From: an uncultured bacterium
Lineage (GTDB): Bacteria; Desulfobacterota_D; UBA1144; Nemesobacterales; UBA2774
Reading direction: 5' to 3'
NCBI GenBank assembly: GCA_963705505.1
Contig: CAVPJU010000006.1
Coordinates: 32,001-96,000, forward strand
DNA length: 64,000 nucleotides
In this document: one piece after another, positions 10,836 through 22,066 of the stretch
How positions within the stretch are numbered: the first letter of the stretch is position 1
Layout of the letters: each line of letters starts with the position of its first letter
The notes under the pieces: generated by a model
Databases searched by the model: none
What the model was told of the DNA's origin: nothing
The model's input: the letters and a program-made list of their open reading frames with translations, nothing else
Program-made: the position numbers and the translations under genes

Positions 10836-11465
10836 TCAGAACCGGGGAATCGAATCGGCCGGGGAGAGGTGTGAAACATCGTTGACGACCCTGACCTCCG
10901 CGTGGCCGTTTACGGAGACTATTACGTTCTTCGAGGCAGCCTGAAGGTTGAAATTACGAAAACCCTTGAGGCCGACCCCCGTAATCTTGCAGAGGAGCGC
11001 GGTTATAGTAAGGTTGTGACTGACCGCGACCACAGTTTCACCGGGGTGGAGCCTGTTTACCTTTTCAAACGCGTTCCACGCCCTTTCCTGCACCTGAAGG
11101 AGCGACTCCCCTCCCGGTATCCTGAGTGTCTCGGGGCTTTCCCTCCATTCCTTCAGCACGTCCGCGTACCTCTCTCTTATCTCTTCAAAGAGGAGCCCTT
11201 CCAGGTCCCCCTGGTTCATCTCTCTGAGATCCGAATCGACGTTGACCTCGAGATTGTGATGTTTCGCAATCGCACTCGCGGTATTGATAGCCCTCAGGAG
11301 GTCGCTCGAATAAACGGCTGCAACATCCGTATCCCTGAGCGAATGCGCGAGCTCCCTTATCTGTTTTCTGCCGGCGTCATTCAAATCTATGTCGGCGATA
11401 CCCTGGCACCTGCCGGTCCTGTTCCACTCGGTTTCACCATGACGTATGAGGATAAGATTCAACAT
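10836..11465 (-). CDS. Histidine phosphatase family protein (phosphoglycerate mutase/CobC/PspA-like)
   Basis: LIRHGETEWN, SSDLLRA, PGGES and VSH motifs. Confidence 0.9.
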   Translation of the reverse strand: MLNLILIRHGETEWNRTGRCQGIADIDLNDAGRKQIRELAHSLRDTDVAAVYSSDLLRAINTASAIAKHHNLEVNVDSDLREMNQGDLEGLLFEEIRERYADVLKEWRESPETLRIPGGESLLQVQERAWNAFEKVNRLHPGETVVAVSHNLTITALLCKITGVGLKGFRNFNLQAASKNVIVSVNGHAEVRVVNDVSHLSPADSIPRF

Positions 11466-11523
11466 GAAACTCCGAAAAGAAAATTTAAAACGAATAATGT
11501 AATAATAATGATATCATCGTCTG

Positions 11524-12633
11524 TTAATAGGACTTGTTCTTGAACGGGACAAGGACCCCGTTGTTCTTAGCCTCTTCGGCGAACTCCGAGGGCGGCGGGG
11601 GCAGGGGTGCAGATTTACGTATAGCGCTGACACAATATTCGTCAAAAGACGGATTGCCCGATGATTCGTTCACCCTCACATCGAATACCCTTCCGCTCTG
11701 GTCGACCCTGAAGAACACGAGCGCTTGCATACTCCCGTCGGTCGGTACGCCCGGCGGTATCCTCCAGTTATGGCTGATCCTCTGATGGACTTTATCCGTA
11801 TATAACTGTAACAAGACAGGGTTGATGGACGAGCCGCTGCCGGAGCTCTCACTGCTCTCGGATGAATTGCCCGGGCCCGACTCCGATCCCTCGGGCATGT
11901 CCCCCTGGTCAGCCATTGCCAGCTTCTGCTCTTCCCCCACCTCTTCCTGGGACGCAGTGCTCTCTTCAGACCCGCTCTTTAAATCTTCGAGGACCCTCTG
12001 CCGCTTAATGTCTTGCAGTACCTTGTTCTTTTCGCTCTCCAGGTCTTTTTTCTTGCTTACAGTAGTTTTCTTGGCCTCCGTTTTGGGCTTTTCAGTCGGT
12101 TTGGGTTTTTCCGCTACTTCCTTTTTCGTTTCCTTGGGTGGCTCCGTCTTCTTCGGCTCTTCTTTCTTTTTCTCCTCTTTCTTCTCCGCCTCCAGCGGTA
12201 TAACTTCCTTTTTCTCAGGTTCCTCTTTTACGACCTCTTTAGGTTTTTCCTCTACTTTGGGCTCCTCCTTCTTTACCTCTACCTTTTCAGGCTCTTTGGG
12301 AGGCTCTTTTTTTTCAGGCTCGGGAGGGGGGGCTTTGACCTCCTCCTTATCGACTTTCGGGGGCTCTTGCTTCGGAGGCTCCGCCTTCTTCGGTTCCCGG
12401 GGAGGTTGGTTGGGCTGGGAAGCGGGATTGGAACTCTGTCCGCCGCCGGGTCCTATGCCCGAGAGCGATACCTCTATCGGCCCGCTCGAGCTGCTATTCC
12501 TGGAAGTGCCGCTGAATCCCCAGAAAAGCACTAAAATCAGTATAGTCGCATGCAACGCGATGGAAAAAAATATACCCCAAAATGATGTGCCCCCGGATGT
12601 GTCTTTATCGGCCGGTTTCATTTCCCCGCTCAC
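11524..12633 (-). CDS. tolA: TolA/TonB-family energy transducer
   Basis: N-terminal TM with SxxxH (SIALH), Lys/Glu/Pro-rich linker, C-terminal SSGNPSFD..APLPPPP; follows tolQR. Confidence 0.8.
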   Translation of the reverse strand: MSGEMKPADKDTSGGTSFWGIFFSIALHATILILVLFWGFSGTSRNSSSSGPIEVSLSGIGPGGGQSSNPASQPNQPPREPKKAEPPKQEPPKVDKEEVKAPPPEPEKKEPPKEPEKVEVKKEEPKVEEKPKEVVKEEPEKKEVIPLEAEKKEEKKKEEPKKTEPPKETKKEVAEKPKPTEKPKTEAKKTTVSKKKDLESEKNKVLQDIKRQRVLEDLKSGSEESTASQEEVGEEQKLAMADQGDMPEGSESGPGNSSESSESSGSGSSINPVLLQLYTDKVHQRISHNWRIPPGVPTDGSMQALVFFRVDQSGRVFDVRVNESSGNPSFDEYCVSAIRKSAPLPPPPSEFAEEAKNNGVLVPFKNKSY

Positions 12634-13073
12634 CTCTGGTCATTGCTCGGAACGGGCTCCGTGATGAGCCCGATCTTCTGTACCCCCGCATTTCTTATCT
12701 CGGACATGACTTCCACAACCGTCCCGTACGGAACGCTGGAATCGGCCCTCAGGAATACATCCTCGTCCGTTAAATTTTTACCCTTCCCGGCCATGAGCTT
12801 TCTGATTTCTATACGGAGCTGGTCGAGGGTGTACTGTTCTTTTTCAATGAATATTTCCCCGTTTTTATTGAGCGTGACCACAACTTTCCTTTCACGATCG
12901 AGGGAAGGCATGGGCCTGGACTCCGTTTTGGGCAGGTTTACGTCAACGCCCTGATAGAGGATGGGGGTCGTGACCATGAATATCACCAGGAGAACAAGCA
13001 TCACGTCCACAAACGGCGTGACGTTTATCTCCGACATCACACTGCGCCCTTCTTTGCCTGTCTGCATTCCCAT
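12630..13073 (-). CDS. tolR: TolR/ExbD protein
   Basis: SEINVTPFVDVMLVLLVIFMVT; FLRADSSVPYG. Confidence 0.9.
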   Translation of the reverse strand: MGMQTGKEGRSVMSEINVTPFVDVMLVLLVIFMVTTPILYQGVDVNLPKTESRPMPSLDRERKVVVTLNKNGEIFIEKEQYTLDQLRIEIRKLMAGKGKNLTDEDVFLRADSSVPYGTVVEVMSEIRNAGVQKIGLITEPVPSNDQR

Positions 13074-13078
13074 TTTTC

Positions 13079-13837
13079 TTATACCTTCTTGATGTATCTA
13101 TCTACGATGTTAAGGAACTCAGAGGAAAAATTCTCCATTTCTATGTCCATCCTCTTAACCCTGCTGATGAAATAATTGTACGCGATAACAGCGGGGATAG
13201 CGGCGGCGAGACCTATGGCCGTCGCAACGAGAGCCTCCGCAATACCGGGGGCAACTGCCTGAAGGGTGGGCACGCCCTGGCTTCCGGCGAGTCCTATGAA
13301 CGAGGTCATGATTCCCCAGACGGTTCCGAAGAGACCGATAAAGGGCGCTGCGCTCCCGGTAGTCGCGAGGAATATGAGCGAGCCCTCGAGCTTGGCGGTT
13401 TCAGACGCCATAGTCCTTTTGAGAGCCCTCTCTACAAGCTCGACCACACCCAGCTCATTGACGATAACTTCCGGGTTCGACTTCGATTCGGGGTTCTGAC
13501 CGGCGCCGCTCGCCCTTCTCAGCTTTAATATTTCCGTATATCCGGCCCTGAACACCTCGGCGATAGGCCCTCCGATGTGCTTCGTCGAGGAGTAGAGGTT
13601 TCCGAAGTTGCCGCTCGCGTTGTAGAGCTCCAGGAACTTCTCCGACCTTTTCGAGGCCCTTTTCAGGACGAAGGCCTTTGAAAAAATTATCGTCCATGAA
13701 ATTACCGACATGATGAAAAGGAGAAGCAGGACGAACTTCACGACCGGACTCGCGTCGGTTATGAGGTTCATGATCTTTATCTGGCCGGCTCCGTTATTTG
13801 CCTGCGTCTCTAAAAGTAAATATATCCAGTTTGTCAT
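13079..13837 (-). CDS. tolQ: TolQ/ExbB protein
   Basis: [37 protein letters not shown]. Confidence 0.92.
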   Translation of the reverse strand: MTNWIYLLLETQANNGAGQIKIMNLITDASPVVKFVLLLLFIMSVISWTIIFSKAFVLKRASKRSEKFLELYNASGNFGNLYSSTKHIGGPIAEVFRAGYTEILKLRRASGAGQNPESKSNPEVIVNELGVVELVERALKRTMASETAKLEGSLIFLATTGSAAPFIGLFGTVWGIMTSFIGLAGSQGVPTLQAVAPGIAEALVATAIGLAAAIPAVIAYNYFISRVKRMDIEMENFSSEFLNIVDRYIKKV

Positions 13838-14078
13838 CTGTGTTGACCCGCTGATAAGTTGGATTTAGGATTTGAATGAAAATCAATGCTTCTGATTGTT
13901 AAATACGAATGAGCTGCATTTAAGATTCCATGTTAAGTTTTCCATACTTAAAAACTAAAATCAAATAAAATTCCCTAGGATCGCCTCATTTCCACGAGTT
14001 TATTTGATTTTCGGCTCAAAATGTATAATAGTCCTGTTTAGGAAAATCCCGCGATTAAAAGGGAGGCATAATACTTTT

Positions 14079-14531
14079 ATGATAAAGAGATCAAGACTCG
14101 CCCTGCTGACAGCATTAATACTCATAGCTACGGCTTGCTCCGCGACCGCCGTCGAGGACAGGTACAAGGTCGTCATCGAGGAGAGCTTCTACGTGGTGAA
14201 ACCCGAGAACAGGGACAAGTTCCTGGACATCTACAAGGAAAAGCTCTACCCGTTCTGGAGCGAGATGCAGAAGAGGGGAATCATCGTCGACGAGTACAAA
14301 CTGTTCACTCAGCGTGTGCACACTCTCGAGCCCCTCTGGACATATAAAACGGTCGTGAAATTCAAGAACTACGAGTCTATAGACAAGTGGCTTGAGCTCC
14401 GGGACGAGGTCTATAATAAGCTCTTTCCGGGAGAGGGGGGATATGAAGGTCCGAGAAAGCAGTTGGACCTTATCACAGAGCAGCACTGGGACGAGTTTAT
14501 AAGGGAAATCCCCCTGAGTAAAAAGAATTAA
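14079..14531 (+). CDS. Putative lipoprotein, NIPSNAP/dimeric alpha-beta-barrel-like
   Basis: Signal peptide ending [20 protein letters not shown] resembles the start of a ferredoxin-like barrel. Confidence 0.55.
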   Translation: MIKRSRLALLTALILIATACSATAVEDRYKVVIEESFYVVKPENRDKFLDIYKEKLYPFWSEMQKRGIIVDEYKLFTQRVHTLEPLWTYKTVVKFKNYESIDKWLELRDEVYNKLFPGEGGYEGPRKQLDLITEQHWDEFIREIPLSKKN

Positions 14532-15550
14532 TCCCCGAAAAGCCCTTTTTGCACGCGGGGCGCGGGCATATTAAGGTGACTATAAGCAAGCGGCGTGACG
14601 GTCCTTCCGCGCGGTGTCTTTACGATGAGCCCCTGGCGGATCAAAAAAGGCTCGTACACTTCCTCTATCGTCTCTTTATCCTCGCTCACGGCGGCCGCTA
14701 TCGAATCGATTCCCACGGGGCCACCCCTGAACTTTCCGATTATAGCCTCTAAAATCACCCTGTCCAGGCTATCGAGCCCGAGGGAATCCACCTCGAGCAT
14801 CTCGAGGGCAGAACCCGCGACATCAATGTCTATAACCCCGCCCGCTCTGACCTCGGCGAAATCCCTTACGCGCTTGAGCAGCCTGTTTGCGATACGAGGC
14901 GTGCCCCTCGCGCGGCAGGCAAGCTCGGCCACTCCGTCTTCGGTAATCTCTACTCCCAGAATACCCGCCGACCTTTTCAGTATCTCCTCTATTTCCGGGG
15001 ACGTGTAGTAATCGAGCCTGAGGTCCACACCGAACCTCGACCTAAGCGGGGATGTAAGGAGACCGGTCCTCGTAGTCGCCCCGATCAGCGTAAACCTGTT
15101 CACACCCACCTTCATAGACTTCGCCGTGGGCCCCTCGCCTATCATGATGTCTATCTTGTAGTCCTCCATCGCCGAATAGAGGTACTCTTCCACGATGCGG
15201 TTGAGCCGGTGTATCTCGTCGATGAAGAGAACGTCCCGGTCTTCGAGGTTCGTCAGTATAGAGGCGAGGTCGCCCACCCTCTCTATCACGGGCCCTGACG
15301 TGGCGTATATCCTCACGCCCAGCTCATTGGAGACGACGTGAGCGAGTGTGGTTTTGCCGAGACCCGGAGGGCCGTAGAGGAGCACATGATCGAGCGCTTC
15401 CCTTCGCCTCCTTGCGGCTTCGATAAAAATTTCGACCTTTTCCTTGACCTTAACCTGTCCCAGATAATCCTTAAGACGATCGGGCCTCAGGTTAATATCG
15501 AGGAGAGAATCGACTTCCCTGTCTTCGGGACTCAGCAACCTCTCAGCCAT
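14528..15550 (-). CDS. ruvB: Holliday junction branch migration helicase RuvB
   Basis: [28 protein letters not shown]. Confidence 0.98.
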   Translation of the reverse strand: MAERLLSPEDREVDSLLDINLRPDRLKDYLGQVKVKEKVEIFIEAARRRREALDHVLLYGPPGLGKTTLAHVVSNELGVRIYATSGPVIERVGDLASILTNLEDRDVLFIDEIHRLNRIVEEYLYSAMEDYKIDIMIGEGPTAKSMKVGVNRFTLIGATTRTGLLTSPLRSRFGVDLRLDYYTSPEIEEILKRSAGILGVEITEDGVAELACRARGTPRIANRLLKRVRDFAEVRAGGVIDIDVAGSALEMLEVDSLGLDSLDRVILEAIIGKFRGGPVGIDSIAAAVSEDKETIEEVYEPFLIRQGLIVKTPRGRTVTPLAYSHLNMPAPRVQKGLFGD

Positions 15551-15629
15551 TATCCTTTCCCCGCGATGTGCGGCTTCTTAATTATAAATGAAGAGCTGGA
15601 ATTGAGGAATCCGGGCGCGGGAACCGGAC

Positions 15630-16217
15630 TCATAGCCTCTTCATAACCTTTAACGATTCCCTGAGCGCTTTCTCGATCCCGCCTTCATCCGCCGAAATCT
15701 TCTCGAGCTCCGAAATGCGCTCGTCGATCTCGGCCTTTTTATATCCCAGATTAAGGAGGGCGGAGACGACGTCCTCGAGCACTCCCGGTTCCTTTACCGG
15801 CTCTTCTGATATGCGCAGCTCCGAGATCTTGTCCCTGAGCTCGGTAGTAAGCCTCGAAGCGAGCTTGGGCCCTATGCCCGGTATCCGCTTCCTCACGAGG
15901 TCGCCCGAAGATATTGCCGAGACAAATTCAGCGGGCGTTATGGATGAAAGGATATTTGTCGCGACCCTCGGACCCACGCCCGCCACACTTATGAGAAGCG
16001 TGAATACGACCCGTTCGTCCTCCGTAAGGAAGCCGAAGAGCTCTATCGACGCGTCCTTCATGCTGGTATATATTTTTAATTCGGCCTCGCCCCCCAGATC
16101 CGGAAGACGGTAATATGTGGACAGGGGCACTGTGACTCCGTAGCCGACACCGTGTACGTCGATAATCACTTTCCCCAAAATCTTATGGGCAACCTTACCC
16201 CTTAGAAGGGAGATCAT
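15630..16217 (-). CDS. ruvA: Holliday junction branch migration protein RuvA
   Basis: MISLLRG..IDVHGVGY, VAGVGPR, ALLNLGY. Confidence 0.95.
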   Translation of the reverse strand: MISLLRGKVAHKILGKVIIDVHGVGYGVTVPLSTYYRLPDLGGEAELKIYTSMKDASIELFGFLTEDERVVFTLLISVAGVGPRVATNILSSITPAEFVSAISSGDLVRKRIPGIGPKLASRLTTELRDKISELRISEEPVKEPGVLEDVVSALLNLGYKKAEIDERISELEKISADEGGIEKALRESLKVMKRL

Positions 16218-16746
16218 TTAGAGTGAAGCGCCTCCTCTTTCTCCGGGGTTGTACGAACTCCTTTCCGAGCCGGGCCTCGATACGGGAGAGATGTATGTGG
16301 CAGAGCGCGATCGCTACGGCGTCTGACGCGTCCTCGGTCTCGAATTCCGATATTCCCAAAATCTTTGAGAGCATCTTCTGAACCTCGGATTTATTGGCCC
16401 TCCCCCGTCCGGTAAGCGCCAGCTTGACCTTTGTAGAAGGGTATTCGCAGATAGGTATCCCGGAAGTGGAAGCCGCGAGCAGCACCACGCCCCTCGCTTC
16501 CCCGAGCTTTATTGCGCTCTTGGCGTTCTTCGCGAAAAAAATATCCTCTACGGACATTACATCGGGGGAATGCTCGCCGATTACGTTTAACAGAGACTCG
16601 TATATTGTTTTTAGTCGTTGATAGAGCGGCAGGCTGGATCCGGGCGCGATGCTCCCGCTTGCCAAATGCTTGATATCGACGCCCCGCACCTCAAGGACCC
16701 CGTAACCGCAGCACCTGGAGCCGGGGTCTATGCCGATTACCCTCAT
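16195..16746 (-). CDS. ruvC: Crossover junction endodeoxyribonuclease RuvC
   Basis: IGIDPGS, LGEARG, DASDAVAIALCH. Confidence 0.96.
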   Translation of the reverse strand: MRVIGIDPGSRCCGYGVLEVRGVDIKHLASGSIAPGSSLPLYQRLKTIYESLLNVIGEHSPDVMSVEDIFFAKNAKSAIKLGEARGVVLLAASTSGIPICEYPSTKVKLALTGRGRANKSEVQKMLSKILGISEFETEDASDAVAIALCHIHLSRIEARLGKEFVQPRRKRRRFTLNDLPSKG

Positions 16747-16747
16747 C

Positions 16748-17497
16748 TCAGGACGCCAGACTCATCATAACTTCCTCGGGTACGTCGAAGTTCGAATAAA
16801 CATTCTGAACGTCGTCGCTGTCCTCGAGCGCTTCCATAAGACGAATCATATGCTCAGCCTCTTTCCCTTCGATCTTGATACTGTTTTGAGGAATCATCGT
16901 AATCTCCGCGGTCTCGTAACCGAGACCCGCGCCCTGGATGGCGGATTTAACGGATTCGAACGCCTCCGGAGGGGTTATTACCACGAGCTCGCTCTCCTCC
17001 GTAATTACGTCGTCGGCGCCCGCATCAAGAGCTAATTCGAATACCGCGTCCTCGTCGACTTTACTCTTCTCGAACGCGATCCTCCCCTTCATATGGAACA
17101 TCCAGGAAACGCATCCCGATTCCCCCAGGCTGCCGCCGTACTTCGTGAATATCCTCCTGATGTCTGAAACGGTCCTGTTCCTGTTGTCGGTGAGTGTCTT
17201 GACCAGAACGGCGCTTCCCCCGGGTCCGTACCCCTCATAGGAGATTTCGTGAAACTCCTCTCCGCCCATCTCGCCAGTGCCGCGTTTAATCGCGCGGTCG
17301 ATAGTGTCGTTAGGCATGTTCTGGTTCTTAGCAGCCAGAATCGCAGACCTGAGACGGGGATTGGCTTCGGCATCGCCCCCGCCGTGTTTAGCGGCTACCG
17401 TCAGCTCGCGGATGATCTTCGTAAAAACCTTTCCCCTTTTTGCATCGACGGCTGCCTTTCTGTGTTTTATATTAGCCCATTTAGAATGTCCGGACAT
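16748..17497 (-). CDS. yebC: YebC/PmpR family protein
   Basis: [31 protein letters not shown]. Confidence 0.96.
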   Translation of the reverse strand: MSGHSKWANIKHRKAAVDAKRGKVFTKIIRELTVAAKHGGGDAEANPRLRSAILAAKNQNMPNDTIDRAIKRGTGEMGGEEFHEISYEGYGPGGSAVLVKTLTDNRNRTVSDIRRIFTKYGGSLGESGCVSWMFHMKGRIAFEKSKVDEDAVFELALDAGADDVITEESELVVITPPEAFESVKSAIQGAGLGYETAEITMIPQNSIKIEGKEAEHMIRLMEALEDSDDVQNVYSNFDVPEEVMMSLAS

Positions 17498-17586
17498 GGT
17501 TACATCACCTCACTTCCAAGTGTTACAATATATGATATAAGAATTCTAAGACATTAGATAATGATTGGCAAGAGCACGGATTGCCC

Positions 17587-18555
17587 TCACTTGACCCTTT
17601 TTACCGTCACGGTCAGCGGCTGAGCGCCTCCGATCTTCGTGGTGATCGTCGAGACCGTCGTCCCTTTATTTATCTCGCCCACGGTCAATATCTTGGTGGA
17701 CGGGTCGATCACCTGACCGGACAAAGAGCTGAAATCGAACCTTATCTCGGCGTCTTGAGGAAGGCCGAAGACCTCCGCCGTTATCGGAGCGGGAGTGTCG
17801 ATATCCGTTTCGGATACGATTATGTTATACCCCCACGCCGGTATATCCGAATTAATAAAAGTACCGCCCGGTTCCTTGAGGCTCGCCCTCATCATCCCGT
17901 CTTTATTAACCACGGAAGCAGGAAGGCCCTGAAAATCCACGGCCGCCTGGTCCGACTTCATGGCAATGATGCTGCCGTTTATGAACTTATTATCAGCGTT
18001 GTTGAGAATTCCCAATTCCACCTTGCTCGGCTCAAGCACGTTTATGCCCGGGAATAAGAACGTGGTGCTGAGCGACCCGAATTCGACAACTACCTTGTTA
18101 ACCGACTGCAATCCGGCCCCGGGGGGCGGGCCCGGGTTTTTGGGTCTTGAGATTTTCAGTATTCCTTCGTCCCCCGATACGATGACGCCGTAAGCACCGG
18201 CAACCGATTGAGGAAGGCTGAATTTCCGCCAGCCGTCGGTTAAAACCCTGACCTCGATATCGACCTTCTGTCCTATGAGTCCGTTCTGGTCTATTATCCT
18301 CACCGAAGAGACCTTCCCCGTATAGAGGGGATTAACGAATATCTCGCCGTCGAGCGAAGTGAGCTCCGCCTCCGTATACCTCGGATACGCCGATGTCCGC
18401 GCACCGTCGCCCGCTTGAGCAACCATTACGTTACCCTCTCCAGCCCCGGCTCCGCCGTTTGGGAGCCCGTAAGCGGGGTACGCGTTCGGCAGGAGAAAAC
18501 ACACAGCAATAACATAAAGTGTCGAGCATAAAACAAAACCAATTTCCCGTTTCAT
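17587..18555 (-). CDS. Secreted hypothetical protein (beta-rich)
   Basis: Signal-peptide-like N-terminus and RBS; about 320 aa; no motif recognised. Confidence 0.65.
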   Translation of the reverse strand: MKREIGFVLCSTLYVIAVCFLLPNAYPAYGLPNGGAGAGEGNVMVAQAGDGARTSAYPRYTEAELTSLDGEIFVNPLYTGKVSSVRIIDQNGLIGQKVDIEVRVLTDGWRKFSLPQSVAGAYGVIVSGDEGILKISRPKNPGPPPGAGLQSVNKVVVEFGSLSTTFLFPGINVLEPSKVELGILNNADNKFINGSIIAMKSDQAAVDFQGLPASVVNKDGMMRASLKEPGGTFINSDIPAWGYNIIVSETDIDTPAPITAEVFGLPQDAEIRFDFSSLSGQVIDPSTKILTVGEINKGTTVSTITTKIGGAQPLTVTVKRVK

Positions 18556-18706
18556 AACTCCCTCTATTTTAAGCAATTTATATCAGTTCACGGAGTCCCG
18601 TCGCGCTGAGTTAGAATTTCATTATAGCACAAAGAGTCAAATTTGTTTAACATCCTCAAGGACTCGAACATAGTCGAGGGGTTTTATTGTCACCGAAAAA
18701 TCTCAC

Positions 18707-18736
18707 TTGACAAATAACACCTTTAACATGCATAAT
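18707..18736 (+). promoter_or_regulatory. Putative sigma70 promoter of rho
   Basis: TTGACA (18707-18712), 18-nt spacer, CATAAT (18731-18736), in AT-rich DNA about 115 nt before rho. Confidence 0.55.
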
Positions 18737-18851
18737 AATGTTGTCTAATACTTTTATAGCAACTCAAAGAGAACTTACACTCATTCCATAAATTCGTAAA
18801 GAGACAATTGCTGTAAATTCCAAAAAATAATGAGTCAAGGACTTATAACAC

Positions 18852-20168
18852 ATGGCTAGAGCAACCAAATTACGGGAAAAACCCGAAGACAAGGAAGTTT
18901 TGTCGGAAGAATCTCATTTCCTCCACTTGAACGACATCAGAAACAAGAAGAGCGCGGAGCTCATGAAGATGGCGAGGGATCTCGAGATCGAAGAGACTTC
19001 GCGCATGACGAAGCAGGACATCATCTACGCGATACTGAAGGCTCAGAGCGAGAAAGAAGGGGTAATTTACGCTGAAGGCGTGCTCGAAATACTATCCGAA
19101 GGATACGGATTCCTGAGGTCTCCCAAGTACAGTTATCTACCCGGACCCGATGACATCTACGTTTCGAAATCTCAGATTCGTTCATTTAATTTGAAAACCG
19201 GAGACACAGTGGGCGGGCAGGTAAGGCTGCCCAGAGAAGGCGAGAAGAACCTGGCTCTTCTGAAAATAGAAGAGGTAAACTTCGAATCTCCCGAGGTATG
19301 CAGGGAGCGGGTAGCGTTTGAGAACCGGGTCCCCCTTCACCCGGACAAGAAATTACTGCTTGAATATGACCCGAACGATTTCTGCACCAGGGTGCTCGAC
19401 TTATTCATCCCCATCGGTATGGGACAGAGGGGATTGATCGTGGCTCCGCCGAGGACAGGTAAAACAATACTGCTTCAGAGAATTGCGAACGCGATAACCA
19501 GGAACCACCCGGAAGTTGCGCTTATAGTGCTTCTGATCGATGAGCGCCCCGAGGAAGTAACCGACATGGAAAGGTCGGTCAACGGGGAAGTGGTAAGCTC
19601 GACATTCGATGAGCCGCCGCAGAGGCACATCCAGGTATCCGATATGGTTTTGGAGAAGGCAAAGAGGCTCGTCGAGCATGGAAAGGACGTGGTTATTCTT
19701 CTTGACAGTCTCACCAGGCTTGCACGCGCAAGCAACACCGTAACACCCGCAAGCGGAAGGGTGCTCTCGGGAGGTATGGAGGCGAACGCGCTTCAGAGAC
19801 CCAAGAGATTCTTCGGAGCGGCCAGGAACACGGAAGAGGGCGGAAGTCTGACCATAATCGCCACGGCGCTTATAGATACGGGCAGCAGGATGGACGAGGT
19901 TATATTCGAGGAATTCAAGGGAACGGGCAACATGGAAGCCTACCTAGACAGAAGGCTCGCCGACAAGAGGGTATTCCCCGCACTCGACCTGCAGCGCTCC
20001 GGCACGAGGAAGGAAGAACTCCTCCTTTCCGCGGAAGTACTCAATAAGGTCTGGCTGCTGAGAAAGGTCCTTAGCCCGATGAACACGGTCGAAGCGATGG
20101 AATTCCTGCTCGATAAGATGAGCGGAACGAAGTCGAATAAGGAATTCTTCAATATGATGAATCAGTAA
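18852..20168 (+). CDS. rho: Transcription termination factor Rho
   Basis: [44 protein letters not shown]. Confidence 0.98.
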   Translation: MARATKLREKPEDKEVLSEESHFLHLNDIRNKKSAELMKMARDLEIEETSRMTKQDIIYAILKAQSEKEGVIYAEGVLEILSEGYGFLRSPKYSYLPGPDDIYVSKSQIRSFNLKTGDTVGGQVRLPREGEKNLALLKIEEVNFESPEVCRERVAFENRVPLHPDKKLLLEYDPNDFCTRVLDLFIPIGMGQRGLIVAPPRTGKTILLQRIANAITRNHPEVALIVLLIDERPEEVTDMERSVNGEVVSSTFDEPPQRHIQVSDMVLEKAKRLVEHGKDVVILLDSLTRLARASNTVTPASGRVLSGGMEANALQRPKRFFGAARNTEEGGSLTIIATALIDTGSRMDEVIFEEFKGTGNMEAYLDRRLADKRVFPALDLQRSGTRKEELLLSAEVLNKVWLLRKVLSPMNTVEAMEFLLDKMSGTKSNKEFFNMMNQ

Positions 20169-20299
20169 GCCTGACTTTGCCCTGGCGAATACTTTTAATC
20201 CATCTTCAGTAATCCCAGCAAATCGAGTCTATTGAAAACAGTCGGGATATGCCGCATTGTTTTGTGGATGCGTATTACTTTATCAGCAGGGCCTGAAAA

Positions 20300-22066
20300 T
20301 TGAAGAGACAGCGGGAGAGAAAATTGTCACCGATTCGCTTCATTCATTTACTCGGCCTAATAATATTCCCTATAATCCTGTTTTTATCCCATACCCCGGT
20401 TTCGGCAGGCCAGCGATATCCGGCGTTTGACCCGGAGGCGCGGTTCCATCCCGTTTTCGCAGAGCAGGGGATGGTCGTGTCCGAGAGCGAATATGCGACC
20501 CGCGCCGGGCTCGAAGTGCTTAAGGAAGGGGGGAACGCAGTCGACGCCGCCGTTACGGTCGGGTTTACAATGGCCGTGACGTATCCGCGGGCGGGTAACC
20601 TGGGCGGGGGAGGTTTTATGCTCGTCTACCTCTCGGGACCGAAGGAAGCGGCGGCGATTGATTACAGGGAGAAAGCGCCTGAGGCTGCGCGAAGGGAGAT
20701 GTATCTCAATGAGAAGGGGGAAGTCGACAATGAGAAATCCCGCCACAGTATCATTTCGGTAGGCGTCCCGGGCACAGTCGCCGGACTCGCGCTGGCTCTC
20801 GAAAAATACGGGACCATACCGCTCGAAAGGGCCCTCAGGCCGGCAATAGAGCTGGCAGAGAACGGATTCCCGGCGGATGAGGAATTATCGAGGTCGCTTT
20901 CCGAGGCTAAAGACGGCATGCGGGCATACCCTGAAAGCATGCATATCTTTTTCAAGGAGGGCGGCGGGGATTACGCGCCGGGCGAACTCTTAAAACAGAA
21001 AGACCTCGCACGGAGCATGAGGGAGATCGCGGAATCGGGACCGGACGCATTTTATAAAGGAGAAATCGCAAAAAAGATAACCGCATACATGAAAGAGAAT
21101 GGCGGGCTCGTCTCCGATGAAGACCTCGGAGCATATAAGGCGGTACTGAGAAAACCGGTCCGGGGGAGTTACAGAGGGTATGAAATTTATTCCATGCCGC
21201 CGCCGAGCGCGGGCGGGGTCCTGCTCATAGAAATGCTGAACCTGCTCGAACTATTCCCGCTCGGGACATACGGACATAATTCGGCCCGGACTATACACCT
21301 CATGGCCGAGTGCATGAAGCTCGCCTACGCCGACCGCTCGGTATATCTGGGAGACCCCGACTTTTCGGATGTGCCCTCCTCACGCCTGACTTCAAAAGAA
21401 TACGCGCGGAGTCTTAAGAGTAAGATCGATCCCGAAAGAGCTACCCCGAGCGAAAGAATTTCCCCGGCTGAACCGACTCCCGGGGAAGGGGGAAACACCA
21501 CCCACTTCTCCGTGATCGATAAATGGGGGAACGCGGTTTCGAATACGTACACGCTCAATTTCAGCTACGGGTCCAAGATCACGGTTCCGGGGACCGGCAT
21601 CCTGCTCAATAACGAAATGGACGATTTCTCCATAACGCCCGGCGTGCCCAACGCATACGGTCTCACCGGCGGGGATTATAACGCGATTGCTCCCGGGAAA
21701 AGGATGCTGAGCTCGATGACGCCTACGATAGTGCTTAAGGACGGAAAACCGTTCCTGATAACGGGAAGCCCCGGCGGGAGCCTCATCATAACGACGGTGC
21801 TCCAGATAATTACGAACGTAATCGATTTCGGGATGAACATATCGGAGGCGACTGACGCCGTGAGGGTGCACCACCAGTGGCTGCCCGACGAGCTCAGGGT
21901 CGAGAAGGGGCTCAGCGAAGACACTATCAGGCTGCTGTCGGCTATGGGATATAAAGTAGTGACAGGGGATACTATGGGGAGCGCTCAGAGCATCACGAAG
22001 ATCGGAAATTTCTTATTCGGAGCTACAGACCCCAGGAGGCCGGGAGGACTGGCAGAGGGATATTAG
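20300..22066 (+). CDS. ggt: Gamma-glutamyltransferase
   Basis: GGNAVDAA, IDYRE, autoprocessing site NTTHFSVID, LNNEMDDFS, KRMLSSMTP; signal peptide. Confidence 0.96.
   Translation: MKRQRERKLSPIRFIHLLGLIIFPIILFLSHTPVSAGQRYPAFDPEARFHPVFAEQGMVVSESEYATRAGLEVLKEGGNAVDAAVTVGFTMAVTYPRAGNLGGGGFMLVYLSGPKEAAAIDYREKAPEAARREMYLNEKGEVDNEKSRHSIISVGVPGTVAGLALALEKYGTIPLERALRPAIELAENGFPADEELSRSLSEAKDGMRAYPESMHIFFKEGGGDYAPGELLKQKDLARSMREIAESGPDAFYKGEIAKKITAYMKENGGLVSDEDLGAYKAVLRKPVRGSYRGYEIYSMPPPSAGGVLLIEMLNLLELFPLGTYGHNSARTIHLMAECMKLAYADRSVYLGDPDFSDVPSSRLTSKEYARSLKSKIDPERATPSERISPAEPTPGEGGNTTHFSVIDKWGNAVSNTYTLNFSYGSKITVPGTGILLNNEMDDFSITPGVPNAYGLTGGDYNAIAPGKRMLSSMTPTIVLKDGKPFLITGSPGGSLIITTVLQIITNVIDFGMNISEATDAVRVHHQWLPDELRVEKGLSEDTIRLLSAMGYKVVTGDTMGSAQSITKIGNFLFGATDPRRPGGLAEGY

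Noticed and set aside
11822..12664. 280-aa Ser/Phe-rich plus-strand ORF
   Set aside because: Reverse complement of the Lys/Glu-rich TolA linker
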